DNA from: a virus
Lineage: Duplodnaviria; Caudoviricetes
Direction: 5' to 3' (one strand)
DNA length: 24,972 bases
Virus record (IMG/VR): IMGVR_UViG_3300020044_001989
Span: 1 to 24,972 of that record
Positions 1 to 7,712 of this stretch are shown piece after piece. Under the pieces are notes generated by a model. The model had not been told where the DNA came from, made no database searches, and worked only from the letters and a program-made list of their open reading frames with translations. Every line of letters begins with the position of its first letter. Position 1 is the stretch's first letter. The position numbers and the translations under genes are program-made.

Positions 1-837
1 GATGGTGCAGGATTGTGGGATTTGGTGAACCAACCAGTAGAAAAGTCTGATGTAAACTACCCCTTCAGTGGGTTAAATGACCTAACCTACGGCATCAGGA
101 CTGGCGAGATGGTGACTATAACGGCTGGCTCAGGGCTGGGTAAGTCTCAGTTTCTGCGTGAGATTGTGTATCACATTATCAATAACACTCAGGACAACAT
201 TGGTCTGCTGTTCTTGGAAGAGTCTGTTAAGCGCACTGCTAAGAGTCTGATGAGTCTACACGCTAACAAGCCACTACACCTACCTGACATCGAGGTTACT
301 AATGAAGAACTACGAGATTCTTTTGACGCTACACTGGGTACTGGTCGTGTGTATCTTTTTGATCACTTTGGCTCTACTGCAATCGACAACATTATCACAC
401 GGGTTCGTTTCATGGCTAAGGCTCTTGATTGCAAGTATATTTTTCTTGATCACGTTAGTATCGTGGTATCTGCACAAGACAATGGTGACGAGCGAAAAGC
501 CTTAGACGAGATTATGACCAAGCTGCGAATGGTGGTTCAGGAGACTGGGATAGCACTGTTCTGTGTATCTCACCTGAAGCGTCCTGATGGCAAGGGACAC
601 GAGGAAGGCGCAAGTACCTCTCTGTCTGCTCTACGAGGCTCAGGATCGATTGGTCAGTTGTCGGATATGGTGCTGGGTCTGGAGCGTAACGGACAGGCTG
701 AGGATCTCAAGGAGCGACATACAACCAGGGTTCGGGTATTGAAGAATCGATTCAGTGGATTGACTGGCCCTGCTTGTGGTCTCTACTATGATCGGATTAC
801 TGGACGCATGAGCGAGACTGTGATGGAGGAACTATGA
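1..837 (+). CDS. T7 gp4-like primase/helicase, C-terminal DnaB-type (SF4) helicase domain; 5' end lies outside the window
   Basis: Frame is open from base 1. Walker A TITAGSGLGKS, LFLEES, Walker B IFLDHVS, VSHLKR, LRGSGSIGQLSD and LKNRFSG match T7 gp4 helicase motifs H1-H4. Confidence 0.95.
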   Translation, partial: DGAGLWDLVNQPVEKSDVNYPFSGLNDLTYGIRTGEMVTITAGSGLGKSQFLREIVYHIINNTQDNIGLLFLEESVKRTAKSLMSLHANKPLHLPDIEVTNEELRDSFDATLGTGRVYLFDHFGSTAIDNIITRVRFMAKALDCKYIFLDHVSIVVSAQDNGDERKALDEIMTKLRMVVQETGIALFCVSHLKRPDGKGHEEGASTSLSALRGSGSIGQLSDMVLGLERNGQAEDLKERHTTRVRVLKNRFSGLTGPACGLYYDRITGRMSETVMEEL

Positions 838-1463
838 GTCATCCTGATCAGCGATACGGTGATAGAACCTACTCTCAGTTCGGAGAAGACTTAATACTTC
901 TTAATATACTTGACAAACTAGAAATTAAGAAGGGCAGCTACTTCGATGTTGGGGCGCACCATCCTTTCAATATCAGTAACACTGCCTTGTTGTACGAGCG
1001 TGGACACTCAGGGATCTGTGTGGAGGCAAACCCAAACCACATAGAGGCGTTCAACAGGCATCGTGGTAGGGATACGATACTGAATGTTGGAGTAGGGCCT
1101 GTGGCTGGTGAGCTGGAGTTCTTTATGGTAGACGATTTCTCAGGTAGGAACAGCTTTGACTACGATACGGTGCTTCAATTTATTAAGCTGCACCCTGAGT
1201 TCAAGCTAAATAAGGTAGTACCAATAAAGGTTGTAACTTTAGATAGTTTGTATGCTCAGTATGGTGTCCCTGATTTATTGTGTATCGACATAGAAGGGCT
1301 AGACTACCCAGTGCTTCAGACGATGTTGGGTAGACCTAAGATAATCTGTGTGGAGAATGACGGGAAAGTAGGATACTTTGATAACTTGCTAAAACTTCTA
1401 AAGTATGATAAAATATTTAACACAATAGGAAACGGGATCTACCTACATGAGAGTTGCAATTGA
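834..1463 (+). CDS. FkbM-family (Methyltransf_21) SAM-dependent methyltransferase
   Basis: YSQFGED N-terminal motif, SAM-binding YFDVGAHHP..SNT, GICVEANP, TLDSL and LCIDIEGLD are typical FkbM signatures. ATGA overlap with the helicase stop. Confidence 0.88.
   Translation: MSHPDQRYGDRTYSQFGEDLILLNILDKLEIKKGSYFDVGAHHPFNISNTALLYERGHSGICVEANPNHIEAFNRHRGRDTILNVGVGPVAGELEFFMVDDFSGRNSFDYDTVLQFIKLHPEFKLNKVVPIKVVTLDSLYAQYGVPDLLCIDIEGLDYPVLQTMLGRPKIICVENDGKVGYFDNLLKLLKYDKIFNTIGNGIYLHESCN
1386..1414 (+). promoter_or_regulatory. Putative sigma70 promoter upstream of the DNA polymerase gene
   Basis: TTGCTA (1386-1391), 17 nt spacer, TAAAAT (1409-1414), extended -10 TG at 1406-1407. Lies 32 nt before the polymerase ATG. 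Confidence 0.6.
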
Positions 1464-3087
1464 CATTGAAACTAATCTTAAGCATAACACTATCTGGTGT
1501 TGTTCTACTTATAATTTGGATACTAAAGAAGTAAAGACATGGACAAGCGCACAAGACTTCAACAAGTTTATTCAGCAAGCCAAACTGATAATCGCCCACA
1601 ACGGAATATCATTCGACTACCCCGTCCTAAACAGACTATGGAAGACTTCGATCAGACTGAGCCAAGTACGGGACACACTGGTTATGTCAAGACTCTCAAG
1701 CCCGTCAAGAGAGGGTGGTCACAGTCTAGCCAATCTCGCAAAGCTAGTAAACCGAACCAAGAAGGAATACGAAGATTTCGAGGGAGGCCTGACAGATAAG
1801 ATGATTGAGTACTGTCAAGAAGACGTGACAATCTGTGGTGAGTTGTACCTATATCTGACGCAAGAGCTGCGTGGATTCTCTGAGCAGTCCATCGAGTTAG
1901 AGCATAAGGTGCAGGCTGTCATTACTAAGCAGGAGAAGCATGGCTTTAAACTTGATACTGTGAAAGCCCAGTGCCTGCTTGGACAATGGAAGCGTAGACT
2001 GTCTGACATTGAAGAGGAACTGCAAACCATTTTCCCGCCCATTGTCACTCAAAGGTTTAGTGAGAAGACAGGCAAGCAGTTGAAGGACGATGTAGAAATA
2101 TTTAATCCTGGTTCACGCCAGCAGATAGCAAAGCGATTGATTGAGAAGGGCTGGAAACCTACTAAGCACACTGAGAAAGGAGCTGTAATTGTTGACGAAT
2201 CAGTTCTTGACGGAGTTGATATTCCTGAAGCAAAGAGAATCGCAGAGTACTTACTCATTCAGAAACGGGTGGCTCAGGTTGAATCATGGCTTGAGTTTGT
2301 ATCTGACGAGCGCAGGGTTCACGGTAAGGTCATCACCAACGGGGCAGTCACGGGACGGATGACACACCACAGCCCTAACATGGCTCAGGTTCCTAGCAGT
2401 AGCAGTCCTTGGGGTCACGAGTGTAGGGATTGCTGGACAGTGGATGATGGTAAGGTCTTAGTGGGTGCAGACGCTAGTTCTCTTGAGTTACGGATGTTGG
2501 CACACTATATGAAGGATGAAAGCTATGCAAAAGAAATCGTTGAAGGCGATGTACACACGAAAAACCAACTCGCTGCAGGTTTGGAAACAAGGGCGCAAGC
2601 CAAAACATTTATTTATGCCCTACTATATGGTGCAGGGCCTGCCAAAATCGGGAAGATTGTTGGTGGTTCGGCAAAGGATGGTCAGGAACTCATCAGTAAT
2701 TTTCTTCGCAACACTCCTGCTCTCAAGAGTCTTAGAGAAAAGATTGAACGCTTATCAGAACAAGGGACGCTACCAGGTCTGGACGGTAGGAAACTACAAG
2801 TGCGTTCCGCACACGCAGCACTTAACACACTCCTGCAGAGTGCTGGTGCAATAGTGATGAAGCAAGGTTTGGTCATACTAAGCAGTAAGATTCAGCAGCA
2901 GAAACTTAATGCCCACTTCGTAGCTAATGTTCATGACGAGTGGCAGATCGAATGCAGTCAGGAAGATGCAGATGCAGTAGGTAAGTTAGCAGTAAGCAGT
3001 ATCAAGGAAGCAGGAGAAGTCTTAGGTCTTCGCTGCCCACTAGACGGTGAATACAAGAAAGGAACAACATGGGCACAAACCCACTAG
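1447..3087 (+). CDS. polA: Family A DNA polymerase with 3'-5' exonuclease domain (T7 gp5-like), 546 aa
   Basis: ExoI DIET, ExoII HNGISFD, ExoIII YCQED; TGRMTHHSPNMAQVP; motif A DASSLELR; motif B RAQAKTFIYALLYG; motif C VHDE. Confidence 0.97.
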   Translation: MRVAIDIETNLKHNTIWCCSTYNLDTKEVKTWTSAQDFNKFIQQAKLIIAHNGISFDYPVLNRLWKTSIRLSQVRDTLVMSRLSSPSREGGHSLANLAKLVNRTKKEYEDFEGGLTDKMIEYCQEDVTICGELYLYLTQELRGFSEQSIELEHKVQAVITKQEKHGFKLDTVKAQCLLGQWKRRLSDIEEELQTIFPPIVTQRFSEKTGKQLKDDVEIFNPGSRQQIAKRLIEKGWKPTKHTEKGAVIVDESVLDGVDIPEAKRIAEYLLIQKRVAQVESWLEFVSDERRVHGKVITNGAVTGRMTHHSPNMAQVPSSSSPWGHECRDCWTVDDGKVLVGADASSLELRMLAHYMKDESYAKEIVEGDVHTKNQLAAGLETRAQAKTFIYALLYGAGPAKIGKIVGGSAKDGQELISNFLRNTPALKSLREKIERLSEQGTLPGLDGRKLQVRSAHAALNTLLQSAGAIVMKQGLVILSSKIQQQKLNAHFVANVHDEWQIECSQEDADAVGKLAVSSIKEAGEVLGLRCPLDGEYKKGTTWAQTH

Positions 3088-3278
3088 ACTTTGAAGATGG
3101 TTTTTGGAAAGACATGGAAGATGTAGTCTTTATCAACATAAAGAAGGACAAGACTATCAATATGCAGACATCGGTTCAGAATATGGAGGAGCTAAAGAGT
3201 ATCTTCAGCACTGCCTATATGATGGCGATGTTTCAGGATATGAAATCCGATCCAAAAGATGTTGACAATTTCCACTGA
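3069..3278 (+). CDS. Hypothetical phage protein, 69 aa
   Basis: ATG overlaps the polymerase 3' end with AAGGA upstream. Fills the gap before the SSB gene. Confidence 0.6.
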   Translation: MGTNPLDFEDGFWKDMEDVVFINIKKDKTINMQTSVQNMEELKSIFSTAYMMAMFQDMKSDPKDVDNFH

Positions 3279-3289
3279 TGTGCTATAAT
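3262..3289 (+). promoter_or_regulatory. Consensus sigma70 promoter upstream of the SSB gene
   Basis: TTGACA (3262-3267), 16 nt spacer, TATAAT (3284-3289), extended -10 TG at 3281-3282. Followed by AAGGAG RBS and ATG at 3320. Confidence 0.85.
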
Positions 3290-3319
3290 ATTACTTGTAA
3301 CTTAGAAAAGGAGATGTAA

Positions 3320-3730
3320 ATGGAATTGAAACCACTTAAAGTACAGGCAGAGATTATGTGGGCTTTCTTGGATACGCCTAACCAGCTATCAGGTAAGTAC
3401 CAAGTAGACCTCTGTAACCTTACCAAAAGTGCTGTAGGTGCTCTATCGAGCATGGGTGTGAATGTTCTTACCAAAGAAGGCCAGCCTGAGAAGGGACAGT
3501 ACATTACAGCTAAGTCTGTAAACTATCCTATCAAGACTGAGGACAGCAACGGTAACGCTATCACAGCTAAGGTTGGTAACGGGTCTAAAGGGATTGCACT
3601 GCTCAAGCCTTATGAGTATTCGTACAAAGGTAAGAAGGGTGTAGGGGTTGGGATTAACAAGCTAATCGTCACAGATCTAGTAGTCTACGAAGGATCTGAT
3701 GCCGTTGAAACAGCCGATGATGTTCTCTAA
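3320..3730 (+). CDS. Single-stranded DNA-binding protein (T7 gp2.5-like)
   Basis: WAFLDTPN..SGKYQVDL, VGNGSKG, GVGVGINKLIVTDLVVY and an acidic C-tail (EGSDAVETADDVL). Strong RBS; located in the replication module. Confidence 0.8.
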   Translation: MELKPLKVQAEIMWAFLDTPNQLSGKYQVDLCNLTKSAVGALSSMGVNVLTKEGQPEKGQYITAKSVNYPIKTEDSNGNAITAKVGNGSKGIALLKPYEYSYKGKKGVGVGINKLIVTDLVVYEGSDAVETADDVL

Positions 3731-3743
3731 GAAAGGAAAGAAG

Positions 3744-3977
3744 ATGACAGCAAAGAAAGCAGCAGCACCAACACCTAAGTTTAATTTTAAGGTGTCACCA
3801 GTAGAGTCTGTGTTTGAGGTAGAAGTTGATGGTGTTCCTAGTTCACTATGGGGTTCAGATTGCTTTAAGTTCTCTGTGTCCTCTGATGGTTCTGTCACTG
3901 TCAATGACAACGAGTTCTCCAGCAAGAAGCAGGCAGCACAGGCACTCGAAGCTATGGCTGCGTTTCTGAAGAAGTAA
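3744..3977 (+). CDS. Hypothetical protein, 77 aa (MTAKKAAAP...)
   Basis: AAGGAAAG RBS before ATG 3744, preferred over the track start at 3699. TAATG coupling to the exonuclease. Confidence 0.7.
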   Translation: MTAKKAAAPTPKFNFKVSPVESVFEVEVDGVPSSLWGSDCFKFSVSSDGSVTVNDNEFSSKKQAAQALEAMAAFLKK

Positions 3978-4681
3978 TGTTAGCACTCATCGATGCCGAC
4001 ATTGTATGCTATCGAATCGGATTCGCTTCCGAGGATGTTAGCGACAAGATTTGCTTGGCACGATGTGCTGAGTTCATGGAAGAACTGGTGATGAAACCCT
4101 ATGTAGGAGACTACCAGGGTTATCTCACAGGGAAGAAGAACTACAGGACTGACATAGCAGTAACCGCACCTTACAAGGGAAACCGTACCGCAGCTAAACC
4201 CAAACACTATGAGCTGATTCGGGAGTACCTTGAGAAGGCATGGGGTTGTATCGTAGTAGAAGGACAAGAGGCTGATGACGCTATCGGTATCAAGGCTTAT
4301 GAGATTGGAGACATTGAGGAATATATCGTCATGTCTATCGATAAGGATCTTGATATGATTCGTGGTTGGCACTATAATTTTATTAAGGATAAGAAGTACC
4401 TGATCGATGACCAACAAGCTATCAGACATTTCTATACGCAGCTATTGACTGGCGATAGGGTTGATAACATTGTTGGCCTTCGGGGTGTGGGTCCAAAGAA
4501 AGCTGAGAAGATTCTTCAGGACTGTATTACCGAAGCCGATATGTACAAGGCAGTCTTGGAAGCATACGACAACGATGATAAACGAGTACTGGAGAATGGA
4601 CAATTGTTATGGATACGAAGAGACGAAAACCAGATTTGGTCACCTGCCCTTTGCAGTACATCCAATGGGTTGACGCAGTAG
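3977..4681 (+). CDS. 5'-3' exonuclease / flap endonuclease (T7 gp6, RNase H-like)
   Basis: LIDADIVCY, NYR...YKGNR, EADDAIG, SIDKDL and helix-hairpin GDRVDNIVGLRGVGPKKA. Confidence 0.93.
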   Translation: MLALIDADIVCYRIGFASEDVSDKICLARCAEFMEELVMKPYVGDYQGYLTGKKNYRTDIAVTAPYKGNRTAAKPKHYELIREYLEKAWGCIVVEGQEADDAIGIKAYEIGDIEEYIVMSIDKDLDMIRGWHYNFIKDKKYLIDDQQAIRHFYTQLLTGDRVDNIVGLRGVGPKKAEKILQDCITEADMYKAVLEAYDNDDKRVLENGQLLWIRRDENQIWSPALCSTSNGLTQ

Positions 4682-4965
4682 CAGATGTGGAATGGCAAGA
4701 AGATGTTAAAGCGGAAGTTCACCTCTGTCACAGCATTGGTTGGATTATTGACGAAACAGATGACGCACTGTGCATCGCTAATACAGTATCTATGGACAAC
4801 AGCAATGCCCGTATGCATCTACCTAAGCAGTGGATTAAAGTAAGAAAGGACATAACACTTGAAACCGAGCAGCGCCAAGTCCAAAGGAAGACACCTGCAA
4901 AAGTGGGTAAGAGATCTAATACTAGCCAAGTTCAATCTGGAGGCAGACGATGTTCGCTCAGTTAG
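4609..4965 (+). CDS. Hypothetical phage protein (W-x-DA...W...C-x-SIGW type); start uncertain
   Basis: Core YIQWVDA..W..CHSIGWII.E occupies the otherwise empty 4682-4858 gap. Both ends overlap neighbouring genes. Confidence 0.65.
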   Translation: MDTKRRKPDLVTCPLQYIQWVDAVADVEWQEDVKAEVHLCHSIGWIIDETDDALCIANTVSMDNSNARMHLPKQWIKVRKDITLETEQRQVQRKTPAKVGKRSNTSQVQSGGRRCSLS

Positions 4966-5200
4966 TATGGGCGTCTCCGGGGAGGATTTGCTACTCAGTC
5001 CAGCAGCCAGACGGGTCTTGCCAATTAGTTTGGAATGCAAGTCCAGAGCAGCTATCTCAGTATACGGTTATTACGAACAAGCCAGAGGAAACGCAGGAGG
5101 ATACGAGCCTGTTTGCATCATCAAACAAAACAGAGATAAGCCCTTGGCTGTGGTAGACGCAGAGTACTTTTTTGAACTATTAAGGAGCAAGCATGAGTAA
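4859..5200 (+). CDS. Putative Holliday junction resolvase (Hjc-like PD-(D/E)xK nuclease)
   Basis: SAKSKGR..Q N-terminus, GEDLLL and SLECK catalytic pattern. TTG start preceded by AAAGGA. Confidence 0.72.
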   Translation: MKPSSAKSKGRHLQKWVRDLILAKFNLEADDVRSVSMGVSGEDLLLSPAARRVLPISLECKSRAAISVYGYYEQARGNAGGYEPVCIIKQNRDKPLAVVDAEYFFELLRSKHE

Positions 5201-5498
5201 AGTTTATCGATTCATTTATGATTCTGAGTTTGACACTGAAGAGCCTACGACATATCCAGAGGCTACGACTGTTAAGGCACGTCACTACTTTGCAGACTTC
5301 ACTGCATGGCCTACGATTCTCCATGAGTTCTGTAAGTTCTTGGAGGCTACTGGCTACAACGGTGTGATGGAGCGTGTTGTTCTAAAAGATCCTTATGAGA
5401 TGGAGAGGGATGGTTTATTCGAGACTATTGGACCTAATCAGTACATTGCAACTGTACATGAAGAGCCTTTAGACAACGAAGACAAGGACGCTAACTGA
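5193..5498 (+). CDS. Hypothetical protein, 101 aa
   Basis: AAGGAG RBS; overlapping start/stop with both neighbours. Confidence 0.75.
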   Translation: MSKVYRFIYDSEFDTEEPTTYPEATTVKARHYFADFTAWPTILHEFCKFLEATGYNGVMERVVLKDPYEMERDGLFETIGPNQYIATVHEEPLDNEDKDAN

Positions 5499-6265
5499 TG
5501 ACTGTTCATGCCATAATCCCCGACTGCCAAGTCAAGGACGGTGTTGATCTTAGTTATCTGACATGGGTAGGCAAGTATCTTGTAGAGAAGAAACCTGATG
5601 TGATTGTACAGATTGGGGACTTTGCAGATATGCCTAGCCTGTCTAGCTACGATGTTGGTAAGAAGTCCTTTGAAGGTAGACGGTACAAGACTGATATCGA
5701 AGTTACTAACAAAGCTATGGAGATGTTGTTAGCACCTATTAAGGAACATAATGAACGAGCAAAGAGAAACAAGGAACGACAGTACAAACCAAGAATGGTC
5801 CTCACTCTTGGAAATCATGAAGAAAGAATTTCCAGAGCTGTCGAAGGAGACCCTAAACTGGATGGAACTATTAGTCTCAGCGACCTTAACTACGAACATC
5901 ATGGTTGGGAAGTTATACCGTTCCTTGAACCTGTTGTTATTGATGGGGTTGTGTACGCTCATTATTTTACTTCTGGCGTTATGGGGCGTGCTGTAGCCTC
6001 TGCTGCGGCTCTCTTAGCTAAGAAGCATATGTCCTCAGTGATGGGCCATGTGCAGAACAGACAGATAGCCTACTCTAATCGTGCTGATGGTACGCAGATC
6101 ACTGGCCTCTTTAGTGGCTGCTGCTACCTGCATGACGAGGACTATCTAGGTAGTCAGGGTAACAAGTACTGGCGTGGTATCTGGCTTCTGCATGAAGTAA
6201 CTAACGGCAGCTTCGATGAGATGCCAGTCTCTCTTAACTATTTAAGGAAGAAGTATGAGCATTGA
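5498..6265 (+). CDS. Calcineurin-like metallophosphoesterase
   Basis: IIPDCQ, IGDFAD, LGNHEER, YAHY and MGHVQ metal-binding motifs. Confidence 0.88.
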   Translation: MTVHAIIPDCQVKDGVDLSYLTWVGKYLVEKKPDVIVQIGDFADMPSLSSYDVGKKSFEGRRYKTDIEVTNKAMEMLLAPIKEHNERAKRNKERQYKPRMVLTLGNHEERISRAVEGDPKLDGTISLSDLNYEHHGWEVIPFLEPVVIDGVVYAHYFTSGVMGRAVASAAALLAKKHMSSVMGHVQNRQIAYSNRADGTQITGLFSGCCYLHDEDYLGSQGNKYWRGIWLLHEVTNGSFDEMPVSLNYLRKKYEH

Positions 6266-6581
6266 TAACGCAACACCTAATGACTGGTATGTGGCTTACC
6301 GCAAACACGCCGATGTCAAGACGCTAGATGACTATATCAAGACTAAGCAGATTGGAGGAGACCACTACAAGGGCACTAACATACAGTCTTGGGATGTCTT
6401 CCTTGACTGGGGCCTAGACCCTTGGGCCTGCAATGTGATTAAGTATGTACAGCGTCATCGCAAGAAAGCAGGTAAGCAGGATCTTGAGAAGGCAAAGCAC
6501 TACCTAGAGTTCATGATAGACAACTACGATAAGATTGGTGACAAGTATTATGATTGGAACACTAAAGATAAACTGGAGTGA
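6255..6581 (+). CDS. DUF3310 family protein (related to T7 gp1.7 nucleotide kinase)
   Basis: QIGGDHYK...NVIKYVQRHRKK.GKQDLEKAKHYLE signature. Confidence 0.85.
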   Translation: MSIDNATPNDWYVAYRKHADVKTLDDYIKTKQIGGDHYKGTNIQSWDVFLDWGLDPWACNVIKYVQRHRKKAGKQDLEKAKHYLEFMIDNYDKIGDKYYDWNTKDKLE

Positions 6582-7539
6582 CGCTGATAGGGACTACAAG
6601 AAAGGGCAGAACCTAATCCGTAAAGGCGATTGGGCCAACGGGTTTAAACTGCACGAGCTTCGGTCCCTACCTGATGCCTTCTGGAATCCTAATGCTAAGT
6701 TCCCAGGGGCTAGAAATAACTTCGATAGAGCTACAGTATGGATGCCGGGACAGAACATCAAGGGGCGCAGTGTTATCATCTGGTCAGAGGCTGGCTGGGG
6801 AGATATGATTCAGTTCTCTCGATTCATCCCTATGATCAAGCAGCTAACCAACGAGGTCTTCTGTGTCTACCCTGACGAGATAGCACCACTTCTCCGAAGG
6901 ATGGATACTAGGTTAGAGTTCAGTAAGAACCCTCGTGACTGCCCTCCATCGTCCTACAGGATCAAGATGATGTCTATGCCTTACCTGCTGATGGAGCATG
7001 GTCTGTTGCCTGCAGAGCCTGTTGAGCGGTGGTTTGGTGCAGAGGGTCTGTACCGTAACCCTGAGATAGTGGCTCCTAAGCGCAGCAAGCCCTTGGTAGG
7101 TATCTTTTATAATACTGATAACAAGTCTTGGAACATGGCTGCAAAGCAGATTCCTAAAGACGTAGTAGATGAGTTTGTTCTAAGACACCCTGAGTATGAC
7201 TTTGTGTCCTTACAGGTTGGGGAAGGGTTCCTAGATAGTTTTAAGTGGGTTGAAACAGCAAATAAAATCCAGACACTAGATGCCGTTATATCTGTGGATT
7301 CTGCTATCGCCCACTGTTCTGCAAGTGTTGGGGTCAAGACTCTGAACCTAGTAGGTGACGAGAACATGGCCTGCTGGAGATGGTATCCTGTCGCTGAGAA
7401 GACCTACTGGTACGACAATATGACTACCGTATGGTGGGATCACTATGCTGACTGGGATGCTGGTCTAGAAAAGGCAGTTAGTTATCTGCCGCAAGTAGTT
7501 AGTAAAAAGCGTAGCAAACCTAAGAAAAGTGTGGTATAA
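6550..7539 (+). CDS. Glycosyltransferase of GT9/heptosyltransferase-like GT-B fold, with an N-terminal TPR remnant
   Basis: WSEAGWGDMIQFSRF (cf. EQGLGDxIQFxR), MMSMPYLL, FVSLQ, VISVDSAIAHCSASVG (cf. ISVDTxxAHLAGALG), WRW and WY are typical of bacterial TPR-glycosyltransferases. ATG 6550 preferred over TTG 6535. Confidence 0.82.
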   Translation: MIGTLKINWSDADRDYKKGQNLIRKGDWANGFKLHELRSLPDAFWNPNAKFPGARNNFDRATVWMPGQNIKGRSVIIWSEAGWGDMIQFSRFIPMIKQLTNEVFCVYPDEIAPLLRRMDTRLEFSKNPRDCPPSSYRIKMMSMPYLLMEHGLLPAEPVERWFGAEGLYRNPEIVAPKRSKPLVGIFYNTDNKSWNMAAKQIPKDVVDEFVLRHPEYDFVSLQVGEGFLDSFKWVETANKIQTLDAVISVDSAIAHCSASVGVKTLNLVGDENMACWRWYPVAEKTYWYDNMTTVWWDHYADWDAGLEKAVSYLPQVVSKKRSKPKKSVV

Positions 7540-7540
7540 T
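7512..7540 (+). promoter_or_regulatory. Putative extended -10 promoter upstream of the RNR region
   Basis: TG-G-TATAAT at 7532-7540, with a weak -35 (TAGCAA, 7512-7517) at 17 nt spacing. Confidence 0.5.
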
Positions 7541-7542
7541 AT

Positions 7543-7707
7543 ATGGCCTTAACATTAGAAGAGATAAAGGAGCGAATGAAGAGGTGGGATGAGTTAACAC
7601 TCATAGAGGAGTTGTCAATCCGTTCAGAGGATATAGTTGAAAGGTTTGATGATATTATTGAAGAAAAAGCAGACAGATTAGAGTCGCTAGTTAATTGGGA
7701 AGAATAA
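7543..7707 (+). CDS. Small acidic hypothetical protein, 54 aa (not in the ORF track)
   Basis: Manual translation MALTLEEIKERMKRWDELTLIEELSIRSEDIVERFDDIIEEKADRLESLVNWEE*. Exactly fills the gap between the glycosyltransferase and RNR genes. Confidence 0.75.
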   Translation: MALTLEEIKERMKRWDELTLIEELSIRSEDIVERFDDIIEEKADRLESLVNWEE

Positions 7708-7712
7708 TAGAT

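Noticed and set aside
910-940. Perfect TTGACA inside the FkbM gene
   Set aside because: No -10-like hexamer 16-18 nt downstream (GGCAGC region).
3308-3322. AAGGAG-ATG-TAA-ATG start-stop element before the SSB gene
   Set aside because: The first ATG has zero spacing from the Shine-Dalgarno sequence; the spacing fits ATG 3320, so this is probably coincidental.
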